This document shows positions 45,126 through 55,836 of a DNA stretch of 64,000 bases, in pieces (the stretch's first letter is position 1; each line of letters begins with the position of its first letter). This DNA is from Candidatus Poribacteria bacterium. GTDB lineage: Bacteria; Poribacteria; WGA-4E; WGA-3G. The stretch covers positions 14,036 through 78,035 of the forward strand of contig JAJEBZ010000095.1 in assembly GCA_022822275.1 (NCBI GenBank), written 5' to 3'. A program made the position numbers and the translations under genes. Under the pieces are notes generated by a model. It was not told where the DNA came from. It worked only from the letters and a program-made list of their open reading frames with translations, and did no database searches.

Positions 45126-46184
45126 TCACGTCAAATCTGCCAACTGAGGCATCACTTCATTCTTGAGAAGTTCCATTGAATGTACCCACTGTTCCTTTGG
45201 TTCCCACTCGTGTCCTATCGTAAGCAAAACACCAAACCCACCAACATCCTTGTAGAGTTGGCGTAAACGGTCAGCAACTGTGTCAGGACTGCCAACGATC
45301 CACAATGTATCCAATAAGTTTTCCAAACATGCCTCCACATTAGGACTATCTGAACCCATTTTGAATTTTTCCCATCCGAAAAGCCTGAACCAGTATTCCC
45401 GAAAATCTCGTCCGAGTGTGCCTTCAATCGCCTGTTTGCGTGCTTGTTCATCGGTGTCGGCGACATATACCTCGCGCGCGATACGCCATGTAGATCGGGA
45501 TGGGGAAAGCCCTGTTTTTGCTGCACCTTCTTCCACTGCATCCCAATGCGTCTTAATTACATGGACAGGTGCCAGATTGATGCTCATCGGAATCCATCCA
45601 CGCTCTCCAGCAAAAACAAGTGTGTCCGACATCGTTGATGAACCTGCTAATGCAATCGGCGGGTGCGGTTTCTGATACGGTTTCATGTGGATGCTAACAA
45701 TGTCTGGATGGCCACCAGGGATTTTGAATTCCCACGAATCCCCTTTGTAATGTCCTGGTTCAGGATCAGTCCAGATTTTGAGAACGGCATCAATACCTTC
45801 CCGAGTTGCCTTCCGTCTGTCAGCAGCCGCCATGAACATTTCTGCATCGCTTGGTGTGGAACTTGAGCCGACACCCCAATGGAAACGTCCGTGTGCAAGA
45901 TGGTCTAACTGTGCTATCCGATGCGCGACAACTGCTGGATTGTGTATCGGCATACATGTGATACCCGTACCAAATATGATGTTCTCTGTCATTCCAAGTG
46001 CTCTGGCGATAAATAGGTCGGGGGATGGAATGTTTTCCCAAGTAAACGTAAAATGTTCTCCTATGTATGCCTCCTTGTAACCTAACCTGTCTAAAGTAAC
46101 CATCTGTTCAAGGTCATCGTCTAACGTTTTAGTTGTGTCGCTGCCGGGAGGGTGCAAAGGCATTGTGAAAAATCCGAGCTCCAT
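45126..46184 (-). CDS. LLM-class flavin-dependent oxidoreductase (luciferase-like monooxygenase).
   Basis: 'MELGFFTMPLHPP...LDRLGYKEAYIGEHF' is the bacterial-luciferase-like TIM-barrel N-terminus. Confidence 0.7.
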   Translation of the reverse strand: MELGFFTMPLHPPGSDTTKTLDDDLEQMVTLDRLGYKEAYIGEHFTFTWENIPSPDLFIARALGMTENIIFGTGITCMPIHNPAVVAHRIAQLDHLAHGRFHWGVGSSSTPSDAEMFMAAADRRKATREGIDAVLKIWTDPEPGHYKGDSWEFKIPGGHPDIVSIHMKPYQKPHPPIALAGSSTMSDTLVFAGERGWIPMSINLAPVHVIKTHWDAVEEGAAKTGLSPSRSTWRIAREVYVADTDEQARKQAIEGTLGRDFREYWFRLFGWEKFKMGSDSPNVEACLENLLDTLWIVGSPDTVADRLRQLYKDVGGFGVLLTIGHEWEPKEQWVHSMELLKNEVMPQLADLT

Positions 46185-46433
46185 GCTTAAACTCCTTTGT
46201 TGAAATAAATGAACGGAATGGGATGAGTCCTTGTCTATGACCTATTATTTTATAGACGCTGATTATCAAACGTGATAGACTATTTCTGATAACAACAATT
46301 GATGGATTGTTAGAAAACTTGACAAAATCAAGGGAATCTGTTATTGTCTTGACACATATAAATATTCTATTAAGACGTTACTACAAGAATCATTATTTTT
46401 CAAGCGATTTAAGCAGAAGGAAAATCACACATT

Positions 46434-47624
46434 ATGAATATAAAAAATCTGTTTTCTACTTCAGTTGTCCTGTTAGCAATTTTAAGTGTTTCCTTATTAG
46501 GATGTGAACGAATTGATCAGATGATTCCACCTGATACTACATCTCCGACGGATACACAGTTAAAAATAGGTGTCATACAACCATCACACAGCTACACGAC
46601 CTTTAGTCAAGGTGCAGAAACCGCGCGTGTCCAAATCAATGAAAATGGTGGGGTACTTGGCATGGAAGTAGAGTTTATCATCCGAAATAACCAACCCGTA
46701 GCAGGTGAATCGCCAACATCCGAAGCAAGCATCAACGCAGCAAAAGAATTAATTGAGATGGAGAACGTATTTGCACTTCTCGGTCCCGTTCGCTCAACCA
46801 TGGCACTTGAGGTCGGACCAATTGCACAGCAGGCGCAGCGACTTATGCTTCCCGGCTCAAGCGGCTCAAATGTCCCAGAATCAGGTGATTACATCTTTCT
46901 CATCACGGTACCAAACCCATTTCAAGGAAAGGTAATGGCAAGTTTCGCTATGAATCCTGACGAGCTCAATGCTAAAACTGCAGCAACTATTTATGAAGAA
47001 GGTGATAACTACTCTATAGACCTTGTCCAAGCGTTTGAAGCAGCATTTAAGGAACTCGGTGGACAAATTGTTCACAGCGGATCCTACGCAGCAGGTGAAA
47101 CCACATTCACAACACTACTCACAGATATTCAAAGTACTACACCTGATGTTATCTTCTGTCCCGGTCATCAGCCAGAAGTGCCTTTATTGATAGGGAAAGC
47201 ACATCAGGCTGATATTGAAGCGACCTTCCTCGGTGGAAGTGCTTGGGACGACAGAGAACGTTTCCTTAGTATCTTAGACAGTAGTCCTGCGTTAGATGGT
47301 AGTTACTATCCAACGAATTTCTCCGTTGCAACACAGGATGCAGAAGTGCAGGCGTTTGTGAATGGTTATACAACCTTGTTCGGTAGTGCGCCTGATGGTA
47401 TTGCTGCATCTGGTTATGATGCGATGCGTCTGTTAGCACGCGCAATTGAGGCAGCGGGTATGCTTGAACCGGTTGCTGTTCGTGATGCTTTTGCAGCAGT
47501 TAAAGATTACAAAGGTGCTACAAGCATATCGCATTATGATGAAAATCGACATCCAGTCAAAAGTCTGGCGATACAGGTTATACGTGGTGGTAATGTTGAA
47601 CACTACAAAGTTGTTGCGCCGTAA
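46434..47624 (+). CDS. Periplasmic substrate-binding lipoprotein (type-1 PBP fold, Liv-like).
   Basis: It has a lipoprotein signal with a lipobox (LLGC). 'KIGVIQPSHSYTTFSQGAE...NENGGVLGMEVEF' is a Leu/Ile/Val-binding-protein-like fold. No permease or ATPase is adjacent. Confidence 0.55.
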   Translation: MNIKNLFSTSVVLLAILSVSLLGCERIDQMIPPDTTSPTDTQLKIGVIQPSHSYTTFSQGAETARVQINENGGVLGMEVEFIIRNNQPVAGESPTSEASINAAKELIEMENVFALLGPVRSTMALEVGPIAQQAQRLMLPGSSGSNVPESGDYIFLITVPNPFQGKVMASFAMNPDELNAKTAATIYEEGDNYSIDLVQAFEAAFKELGGQIVHSGSYAAGETTFTTLLTDIQSTTPDVIFCPGHQPEVPLLIGKAHQADIEATFLGGSAWDDRERFLSILDSSPALDGSYYPTNFSVATQDAEVQAFVNGYTTLFGSAPDGIAASGYDAMRLLARAIEAAGMLEPVAVRDAFAAVKDYKGATSISHYDENRHPVKSLAIQVIRGGNVEHYKVVAP

Positions 47625-47646
47625 TATAAAGTAGGATACATGCCAA

Positions 47647-48681
47647 ATGTCAAACCAAATCATTCAACTCGGAGTAGTGGGATGTGGATGGGCAGGCTGC
47701 CAGGCTATCTATGCTGCCAATGCTACCTCTCGACTAAACGTTATCGCTATTGCAGAACGTGATCCAATCCGCCATGAACAGGCAGGAAACAACTACGCAG
47801 TACCGCATCGCTATGCTGACTATCAAGAACTCCTTGATAATCCGTCCGTTGATGCTGTTTACCTTGCCACTTCTCCAGATGGCAGACTTCAACAGGTATT
47901 GGATACGCTCAATGCAGGCAAACATGTCTTAGTTCAAAAACCGCATGCTATCCGTGCCCCTGAAATTTTAGAGATGGAAACAGCAGCACAACAGGCCGGC
48001 AAAACGCTCCAATTCTGTTATTTTATGCGTCACTTTCCGCACAACCGCCAAATTCGGCGTGCTGTCCTAAATGGGGCAATCGGAGAACCGTTTCATGCCC
48101 GCGTTTTTGGAAAATTCAATTCCATTCCAACCCTTGATGCCAACAGCCGATGGCTGCATGTATATGGACAAAAAGGCGGTTCATTAGGACAACACTATTC
48201 CCATGAACTCAATCTAACGTGGTGGTGGTTGGGATGTCCAAAACCTGAGTGGGCATTTGCATCAAAGCACGTGCTTTATCCACAGTACGATGGACCAGAG
48301 GGAGCAGCAGAGGACTATTTCACAGGTCTCCTCGGTTGTGAAGGTGGAAAAACTATCCAGATCGACTGTTCACGGATGAGTCATTCAGATTCTGGCAGTG
48401 TTGTGGAGCTTTATGGCACTACTGGCGCAATCACGAACGGCGGCATATCAAGATTTAAAGATGGCGAATTTGTCCGAGAAGCAATTGATGAACCTACTGA
48501 GATTGATCATGGGGAACTGCCTGAAGAGGTGCCTGTATTTTACTATGAACTCAATCATTTCGCTATGGCTATTGCAGGTGAAGTAGCACCAGATGTTGAC
48601 GCATCTAATGCTTATACCTTTATGCAGATATTGGATGCGCTTTATGATAGCGCAAAAAGTGACGAAAAGGTTTATATTTGA
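47647..48681 (+). CDS. Gfo/Idh/MocA-family NAD(P)-dependent oxidoreductase.
   Basis: 'LGVVGCGWAGCQAIYAA' is the Rossmann GxGxxG motif. 'EKPHA' is Gfo/Idh/MocA-like. Confidence 0.7.
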   Translation: MSNQIIQLGVVGCGWAGCQAIYAANATSRLNVIAIAERDPIRHEQAGNNYAVPHRYADYQELLDNPSVDAVYLATSPDGRLQQVLDTLNAGKHVLVQKPHAIRAPEILEMETAAQQAGKTLQFCYFMRHFPHNRQIRRAVLNGAIGEPFHARVFGKFNSIPTLDANSRWLHVYGQKGGSLGQHYSHELNLTWWWLGCPKPEWAFASKHVLYPQYDGPEGAAEDYFTGLLGCEGGKTIQIDCSRMSHSDSGSVVELYGTTGAITNGGISRFKDGEFVREAIDEPTEIDHGELPEEVPVFYYELNHFAMAIAGEVAPDVDASNAYTFMQILDALYDSAKSDEKVYI

Positions 48682-48747
48682 CAAAAACATATTCTTTTGA
48701 TAATCTAATAGCAAAACTGATATATTCCTAACTTAGGAGAAATTTCT

Positions 48748-49785
48748 ATGTATAAAAGTGCGATGTTGGGGTGCGGCGGCCGCGCAGGTGGCCATGCAAG
48801 TGCCTATCGCTTTGTTAAAGGTGGGAAACTCGCAGCGATCTGCGATATGAACGAAGAACGACTCAACAATTTCGGTGATAGATTTGAAATATCTTCTCGA
48901 TATACAGATTTAGACGAGATGCTTGAGAAGGAGAAGCCGGATCTGCTCCATATTGTGACTGCTCCTGTGCTACGCGGATCCAATGAACGGATTCGGTATT
49001 CGCTGATGAAACAGGCATCAGACCATGGTGTACCTGCTGCGATTGTAGAAAAGCCGATTGCAGTTGAAAGCGAAGATTGGAAACAGATTGCTGGGTTAGC
49101 AGAAGAAACCAAAACGAAGTTTGTTGTCAACACACAGTTGAATTTTCATCCCCAGAATCTTGAACTCAAGAGAGACGTGGCGGAAGGCAAAATTGGTGAG
49201 ATTAAGTTCATAGATGCAAGTGCTCGGAGCACGCCAGTGGATCAGGGACCACATGTTCTGCAGTTAGTTTCTTCCTATATTGATAATTCCAGACCTGTGA
49301 GTGTATTAGGACAGGTTTCAGGGAGAGAACATTTGGACTCAGCCCAACCTTCTCCTATGCATGCGGCGGCACAAGTTATTTATGAAAATGGACTTCATGT
49401 CTCTCTGGCATTTGGACAGGGTATGGGAACGATGGCATCCGATAACCAAGGCATTTATTGCCATAAACGCGTCTTTGTCATTGGAACAGAAGGTTTTGTG
49501 CATTGGCGTTTTAGCAGTTGGGAACGTTCTACACAAAAGGGCGGTTATGAAGGCGGTCCACTCAACTATGGTGAACAAGATGTTCAAGCACAAGGCAACC
49601 TCACTGAGGCAGTTTTTGATTGGCTTGATGATGAGAAAAACGAACATCCGACACACCTCAAACAGTCACTTGCAGAATTCAACCTTCTCTTAGGAATGTA
49701 CCACAGCGGTATAACGAATCAAATTATTGACCTTCCGTTTGATCCACCAGATGGGTTAATGGATTCACTAAGAGAGCAACTATAA
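48748..49785 (+). CDS. Gfo/Idh/MocA-like oxidoreductase, tandem paralog 1.
   Basis: 'MLGCGGRAGGHASAY...IVEKPIAVE' fits the family. It is about 80-85% identical at the protein level to the next two genes. Confidence 0.6.
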   Translation: MYKSAMLGCGGRAGGHASAYRFVKGGKLAAICDMNEERLNNFGDRFEISSRYTDLDEMLEKEKPDLLHIVTAPVLRGSNERIRYSLMKQASDHGVPAAIVEKPIAVESEDWKQIAGLAEETKTKFVVNTQLNFHPQNLELKRDVAEGKIGEIKFIDASARSTPVDQGPHVLQLVSSYIDNSRPVSVLGQVSGREHLDSAQPSPMHAAAQVIYENGLHVSLAFGQGMGTMASDNQGIYCHKRVFVIGTEGFVHWRFSSWERSTQKGGYEGGPLNYGEQDVQAQGNLTEAVFDWLDDEKNEHPTHLKQSLAEFNLLLGMYHSGITNQIIDLPFDPPDGLMDSLREQL

Positions 49786-49913
49786 ATCGGTTTTAGGTTT
49801 TTTTATGTAACGATTAGCGATAGCAGTGAATATGTTTGCTACTACCGCTAATTGTTATATACTGCAGAACATTGCTGTGTTCGTAGTACATAAATGTATA
49901 AGGGATTACTGTT

Positions 49914-50951
49914 ATGTATAAAAGTGCGATTTTAGGATGCGGAGGACGTGCCAAAGGTCATGCAGGTGCTTATCGGTTTGTTAAAGGTGGTCAACTCGCA
50001 GCGATCTGCGATATGAATGAAGAACGGCTCAATAATTTTGGTGATAGATTTGAGATTTCATCTCGGTATACAGATTTAGACGGGATGCTTGAGAAGGAAA
50101 AACCGGATCTCCTCCATATTGTCACTGCTCCGCTATTACGCGGTACGAACCAGCACATTCGGTATCCGTTAATGAAGCAAGCCTCAGACCACGGTGTACC
50201 TGCAGTAATTGTAGAAAAACCGATTGCTGTTGATAGCGATGACTGGAAGCAAATAGCTGGATTAGCAGAAGAAACAGAAACAAAATTTATTGTCAACACG
50301 CAACTCAACTTTCACCCCAAAAACCTTGAACTCAAAAAAGATGTCGTAGATGGTAGAATTGGTGAACTTAAGTTCATTGATGCCAGTGCACGCAGTACAC
50401 CTGTAAATCAAGGGCCACACGTACTTCAATTAGTATCTTCTTACGTTGATAACTCTCGCCCTGAGAAAGTCCTTGGGCAAATCTCTGGAAGAGAGAGTTT
50501 GGATTCAGCAGAACCTTCACCAATGCATGCTGCAGCACAGGTTCTATATGATAATGGGTTACATGTCTCCATTGCTTTTGGACCGGAAATGGGGGCGAAA
50601 GTATCAGAAAGACCTGCAAGATTTAGACATAAACGTGTCTTTGTTGTTGGAACGAAAGGTTTTGTACATTGGGGTTTTAGCATGTGGGAACGTTCTACAC
50701 TTGAAAGTGGTTACGAAAGCGGTCCACTCAACTACGGCGATCAAGATGTTCAAGCACAAGGAAACCTTACGGAGGCAGTTTTTGATTGGCTTGATGATGA
50801 GAGTAAAGAACATCCGACACATCTCAAACAATCGCTGGCAGAGTTCAACCTCCTTTTGGGAATTTACTACAGTGGTATTACGAATGAGATTATTGACCTT
50901 CCGTTTGAACCCCCTGACAGCTTAATTGATTTACTTAAGGAAAAATTATAA
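49914..50951 (+). CDS. Gfo/Idh/MocA-like oxidoreductase, tandem paralog 2.
   Basis: It is 345 aa and co-linear with paralogs 1 and 3. Confidence 0.6.
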   Translation: MYKSAILGCGGRAKGHAGAYRFVKGGQLAAICDMNEERLNNFGDRFEISSRYTDLDGMLEKEKPDLLHIVTAPLLRGTNQHIRYPLMKQASDHGVPAVIVEKPIAVDSDDWKQIAGLAEETETKFIVNTQLNFHPKNLELKKDVVDGRIGELKFIDASARSTPVNQGPHVLQLVSSYVDNSRPEKVLGQISGRESLDSAEPSPMHAAAQVLYDNGLHVSIAFGPEMGAKVSERPARFRHKRVFVVGTKGFVHWGFSMWERSTLESGYESGPLNYGDQDVQAQGNLTEAVFDWLDDESKEHPTHLKQSLAEFNLLLGIYYSGITNEIIDLPFEPPDSLIDLLKEKL

Positions 50952-51088
50952 ATTCAGTCTCTAATTTGTCAGATAGAAAGTTTAACGGTAGATGCAAACA
51001 TATATTCAATTCTGCTAAATAAGTATGAATTGTAAACTTGCGAATAATAGTATTGTAATGATAATAATAAGTATAAGGAGATAATTTT

Positions 51089-52126
51089 ATGTATAAGAGT
51101 GCATTTTTAGGTTGTGGTGGTCGTGCCCGCGCACATGCAAGCGCGTACCGCTTTGTCAAAGGTGGGAAAATCGGAGCGATCTGTGACATGAACGAAGACC
51201 TTCTAAACAGTTTCGGTGAACAATTTGATGTCTCTTCCCGATATACAGATTTAGATGAAATGCTTGAAAAGGAGAAACCCGACCTACTCCACATTGTAAC
51301 TGCACCTGTGTTACGTGGAACCAATCAACGTATCCGTTATCCATTGATGAAGCAAGCCTCTGATCATGGCGTACCGATGGCAATTGTAGAGAAACCGATC
51401 GCTGTTGAAAGCGAAGACTGGAAAGAGATCGCTGGATTAGCAGAGGAGACAAAAACAAGGTTTATTGTCAACACACAACTAAACTTTCACCCAAAAAACC
51501 TTGAATTAAAACAGGATGTAGCAGAAGGTAAAATTGGTGAAATTAAGTTTATTGATGCCAGTGCCCGGAGTACACCTGTTGACCAAGCCCCACATGTGCT
51601 GCAGTTGGTATCGTCTTACATAGACAATTCACGTCCGGTGCGAGTGTTAGGGCAAATTGCTGGAAAAGAGCAGTTGGATTCAGCACAGCCGTCTCCGATG
51701 CACGCTGCGGGGCAGGCAATATACGAAAACGGTCTCCATGTTTCTCTCGCATTTGGAACAGGAATGGGAACTTTGGCATCAGAACGTGGGGGCAATACCG
51801 CACATAAACGCGTTTTTGTTGTCGGTACTGATGGATTTGTACACTGGCGATTCAGTAGTTGGGAACGGTCAACACGAGAGGGCGGTTACGAAGGTGGGCC
51901 GCTTAATTATGGTGAACAGGATATCCAAGCACAGGGCAATCTGACTGAGGCAGCTTTTGAATGGCTTGATGATGAGAAAAACGAACATCCGACACATCTT
52001 AAACAATCGCTTGCTGAGTTTAACTTGCTTTTAGGTATTTACTACAGTGGCATAACTAACCAGATTATAGATCTACCGTTCGACCCACCAGACGGGTTAA
52101 TGGATAGTCTTAGAGAGCAACTGTAA
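51089..52126 (+). CDS. Gfo/Idh/MocA-like oxidoreductase, tandem paralog 3.
   Basis: It is 345 aa and co-linear with paralogs 1 and 2. Confidence 0.6.
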   Translation: MYKSAFLGCGGRARAHASAYRFVKGGKIGAICDMNEDLLNSFGEQFDVSSRYTDLDEMLEKEKPDLLHIVTAPVLRGTNQRIRYPLMKQASDHGVPMAIVEKPIAVESEDWKEIAGLAEETKTRFIVNTQLNFHPKNLELKQDVAEGKIGEIKFIDASARSTPVDQAPHVLQLVSSYIDNSRPVRVLGQIAGKEQLDSAQPSPMHAAGQAIYENGLHVSLAFGTGMGTLASERGGNTAHKRVFVVGTDGFVHWRFSSWERSTREGGYEGGPLNYGEQDIQAQGNLTEAAFEWLDDEKNEHPTHLKQSLAEFNLLLGIYYSGITNQIIDLPFDPPDGLMDSLREQL

Positions 52127-52321
52127 ATCGTCAAAATAATTTAATCAGGACTTACGCATACCCCCTCCCATACGTTATCATTATGGGAACTCTTCCTCCT
52201 TATCAAGGGGACTTTAAGAGAATATGCCTAAGTCCTGACGTGAAACACGAATAGAATAAAACGGCAAGTTTGGCAATGTGTTTAAGAAGTAAGTCAAAAC
52301 TAACACAGTGAGGTACCGTTT

Positions 52322-54991
52322 GTGAACTTTCAAATTAGAAACAGGTTTTTGTTCTTCATGTTTACGCTGTCTATGTGTCTAAATTCTATTTTCCTAATGA
52401 ACACTGCTGCACAAGTCGGTGATGAACCTGTTGGCATATCTGCCAACTATACTTATGAGACGATTGATGTTCCGGGTGTAGACTTTTTAGCGGTGACAGC
52501 AAGTAGCGACTTTGAGGACTACGCCGGCAACACCCCAAGTGCCGATGGTGAAAAAATGGTCGCCTTTACGCTCATTGATGGTGTTTTTGAGACCCACGAT
52601 TTCCCCGGCTCGAAAAACACCTATTTCTACGCACTCGGTAACAATGGACTCGCTGCGGGGCACTACGAGGATAGCAAAGGTCTTTTCCACGGTGTCATCT
52701 TAGAGAATGGTGAGTTGCGGCAATACGATTTTCCAGGTGCCGTCCAAACGGAGATCTATGGATATAGCGATTCAACCGGGGTACTGACGGGTAATTTTAT
52801 AGATGCTTCCGGTGTTCGCCGTGGATTCTCAGGAGATGAAATAATTGAGTATCCCGGGGCAACGGAAACTTATGCCGATTTTGTGAGCACGCTTGGCAAT
52901 GTCGTGGGCAGCTATGTAGATACTGAAGACACATATCATGCATACCTGCGTGGCCCAGGAGGTAGCTTTGCAACGCTTGACCTTCCACTCAAAGGAGAGT
53001 TGGACTACTTTTTTCTCCACGGTATTAACAGTGCCCTGATTGCCGTCGGCCGAGCCAAAACCGTGGGTGATGTCCCACGCACCTATGCCGGCAACCCCGT
53101 AGCCTTACAAGAACTGAAGTTTCCGGGCAGCGTCAGCACGGAAGGTTGGAATGTTAATCAGGACAACTCTATCGTGGGACATTATGACTCTGCGGATGGA
53201 CGTAGACACGGGTTTATCGCCAGACCGAAAGAGGGTACTCCACAAGCACGACCCGGTGTTGTACCTCCTAACCTCAACTATACTTTTGAGAGTATTAATG
53301 TGCCTGGTGTAGATTTTTTAGCGGTAACTGCCAGTAGTGACTTTGAAGATTACGCCGGCAACATGCGGACTGCTGATGATGAAAAAGATGTTGCCTTTAC
53401 ACTCATTGATGGCGTTTTTACGACTTATGATTTCCCCGACTCGCAGGGCACCTATTTCTATGCACTCGGGAACGATGGAAAAGCTGCCGGACACTACCAA
53501 GATAGTGATGGACTGTACCACGGTGTTATCTTAGAGAATGGCGAATTGCGGCGATACGATTTTCCAGGTGCCGTTCAAACAGAGATATACGGTCTTAGTG
53601 ATGCGACGGGGGCTCTAACGGGTAGTTATATAGATGCTTCTGGTGTTCGCCGCGGGTTCTCTGGGGATACAATAGTCGAAAAATCCGGGGCATCCGCAAC
53701 TTATGCCGATTTTGTGAGCTGGACAGGCCATATCGTGGGTAGCTATGTGGATGCTGAAGGGGTATATCATGCATACATGCGTAGTTCGGTGGGTAGATTT
53801 CTATCTATTGACCTTCCAAACGCAACAAATCTGGAATACTTTTTTCTCCACGGCCTCAACAATGCAAGGGCTGTCGTTGGTCGAGCCAAAGCGGCGGGTG
53901 ATGTCCCACGTACTTATGTCGGCAGCCCCCTCAACCTGCAGGAATTGCAGTTCCCGGGTGCTGTTAGCACGGAGGGCTGGAATATTAATCAGGATGGCTC
54001 CGTCGTCGGACACTACGACTCAGCGGATGGACGCAGACACGGATTTGTCGCCAGACTCGTCGCCAAGGAAGAGAGTGATCATTTTGGAAACATCTTCAAC
54101 GTTACGCTAACGAAAGGTTTAAACATGCTTTCTTTGCCTTTAGCATCACCAAAACCGATGACCGCAAAATCACTTGCGGGGATTACTGGCGCGACAGTTG
54201 TTATAGCACTTGACGCTGAAAATCAACGGTTCATTGGTTGGACACCAGATGCACCTAACGATGGATTTCCCATTGATGGCGGACAAGGATATATCGTCAA
54301 TGTACCACAAACACGCAATTTTGCCTTCGTTGGATCACGCTGGACAAATCAAACGGAGATTGCTGCAGCACCACCTGCTATATCCCAGACAAAGGAAACA
54401 TGGGCTTTCGTGGTAAGTGGACACTTACATGGCAAACCAACGTTTGACGGTTACAAAGTCATCGTCCGCAACCTGAGAACAAAAAGTACCATAACTACCT
54501 CGGTGCAAGGTGATTACTTCGCTGCTGCAACTGCTGACTTAGCAAGACGAAGTGTTGTCAAAGTTGGAGATGTGATTGAAGCACGCGTCATCGGACCGGA
54601 CGGTAACGTTGAATCCCAAACCCTCAATATTAAAGTGACCCCTGAGAACTTGGCTAATGCACTATTATCTGTCAAGTTTGATAGCATCGGTAAACCGCTG
54701 CAGAACAAGTTGTTGCAAAACTATCCGAATCCATTTAACCCTGAGACGTGGATTCCATATCAACTCGCGCAAGACAGTTCTGTATCGGTATCCATTTATG
54801 ATTCAACCGGTAAGGTGATACGTAAACTATCAATTGGTAATCAATCTGCAGGTTTCTATAATAGTCGGGAACGTGCTGCTTATTGGGATGGCAAGAATGC
54901 TTTAGGAGAAAGTGTTGCGAGTGGTGTCTATTTTTACCAGTTGACAACACCCTCCTTCCAGCAAACACGGCGGCTCGTCATTCTAAAGTAG
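52322..54991 (+). CDS. Giant secreted repeat protein with a T9SS-type C-terminal sorting domain, paralog 1.
   Basis: It has a GTG start and a signal peptide. Two tandem modules of about 280 aa are built from '(D/Y)FPGA.QTEIYG.SD.TG.LTG...GVRRGF' and 'SVSTEGWNINQDGS.VGHYDSADGRRHGF' units. The C-terminus 'LLQNYPNPFNPETWIPYQL...SIYD..GK.IR.L..G....G.Y...R.A.YWDG.N..GE.VASGVYFYQLTTP' is a type-A Por/T9SS sorting tail. Confidence 0.7.
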   Translation: MNFQIRNRFLFFMFTLSMCLNSIFLMNTAAQVGDEPVGISANYTYETIDVPGVDFLAVTASSDFEDYAGNTPSADGEKMVAFTLIDGVFETHDFPGSKNTYFYALGNNGLAAGHYEDSKGLFHGVILENGELRQYDFPGAVQTEIYGYSDSTGVLTGNFIDASGVRRGFSGDEIIEYPGATETYADFVSTLGNVVGSYVDTEDTYHAYLRGPGGSFATLDLPLKGELDYFFLHGINSALIAVGRAKTVGDVPRTYAGNPVALQELKFPGSVSTEGWNVNQDNSIVGHYDSADGRRHGFIARPKEGTPQARPGVVPPNLNYTFESINVPGVDFLAVTASSDFEDYAGNMRTADDEKDVAFTLIDGVFTTYDFPDSQGTYFYALGNDGKAAGHYQDSDGLYHGVILENGELRRYDFPGAVQTEIYGLSDATGALTGSYIDASGVRRGFSGDTIVEKSGASATYADFVSWTGHIVGSYVDAEGVYHAYMRSSVGRFLSIDLPNATNLEYFFLHGLNNARAVVGRAKAAGDVPRTYVGSPLNLQELQFPGAVSTEGWNINQDGSVVGHYDSADGRRHGFVARLVAKEESDHFGNIFNVTLTKGLNMLSLPLASPKPMTAKSLAGITGATVVIALDAENQRFIGWTPDAPNDGFPIDGGQGYIVNVPQTRNFAFVGSRWTNQTEIAAAPPAISQTKETWAFVVSGHLHGKPTFDGYKVIVRNLRTKSTITTSVQGDYFAAATADLARRSVVKVGDVIEARVIGPDGNVESQTLNIKVTPENLANALLSVKFDSIGKPLQNKLLQNYPNPFNPETWIPYQLAQDSSVSVSIYDSTGKVIRKLSIGNQSAGFYNSRERAAYWDGKNALGESVASGVYFYQLTTPSFQQTRRLVILK

Positions 54992-55015
54992 AGTCAACCC
55001 ATATCAAACTAACAA

Positions 55016-55050
55016 GTGTCACAGTTGCGCCATCGGTGTAACTGTGACAC
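55016..55050 (+). terminator. Conserved stem-loop downstream of repeat-protein paralog 1.
   Basis: The stem 'GTGTCACAGTT' pairs with 'AACTGTGACAC' across a 13-nt loop. Near-identical hairpins follow paralog 2 (58526-58559) and paralog 3 (61346-61382). There is no clear U-tract. Confidence 0.4.
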
Positions 55051-55836
55051 CGTTAAGTCTAAGAATCCATTTAATACAAATTTAACGAGTTGTGCTAAAT
55101 AACTAATGGCAATAATATCATTCACATAAGAAGGATTAATTTTCGTTATTTCACTTATGTTGACACCTTCTTTAGTCCCGTAGGCAGAGGCATTCAATCC
55201 TGTAAGAATACATTCCAACAATAGATTTCCAATAGATTGGACATGATTTCTATTGTTCTCAAAACAAAAAACACAACAAACCCACACCACTATCAGGTAT
55301 AATATAACCCGGACACCCAAATAGAATCCAAACTTTTGGTCTTGCTCAAAAAAGGATCACTAAAATGACCGATAGACAAATCAAAAAACACAAAACAAAA
55401 AACGATAAAAAACCCATTTAGTTGTTTTTTTCAAAATTTCGCAAATTCATAAAACCTTCATAAACCCATACCATAACACGATCGAGAACACTTATGAAAA
55501 AAATGCAAAAAACACGAAAAAAACAACTAAAATATTCCACGATTAGGACAAGGTTCACAACCAGATGCATTCAATTGTCGATTAATCACACACGCTAACA
55601 TTATGATTCTTCTGTAGTTCGGGAAAATCACGAAAATAGGTGAAATTTTTCTTGCGTTTTTCTGGAAAATGTTACATAATTTTAAAAATACTAAAAAGAA
55701 AAGAAACCGAATTTTCAATTTAATCACATGTCTGAACACAAACTTGCCAAGTCTTAACTATAAACATCATCTCTCAAGATAAGTTATCCAATATAGATTC
55801 TTGATCCTTGAAGGAAAACTAAGGAGAAATTTCATT

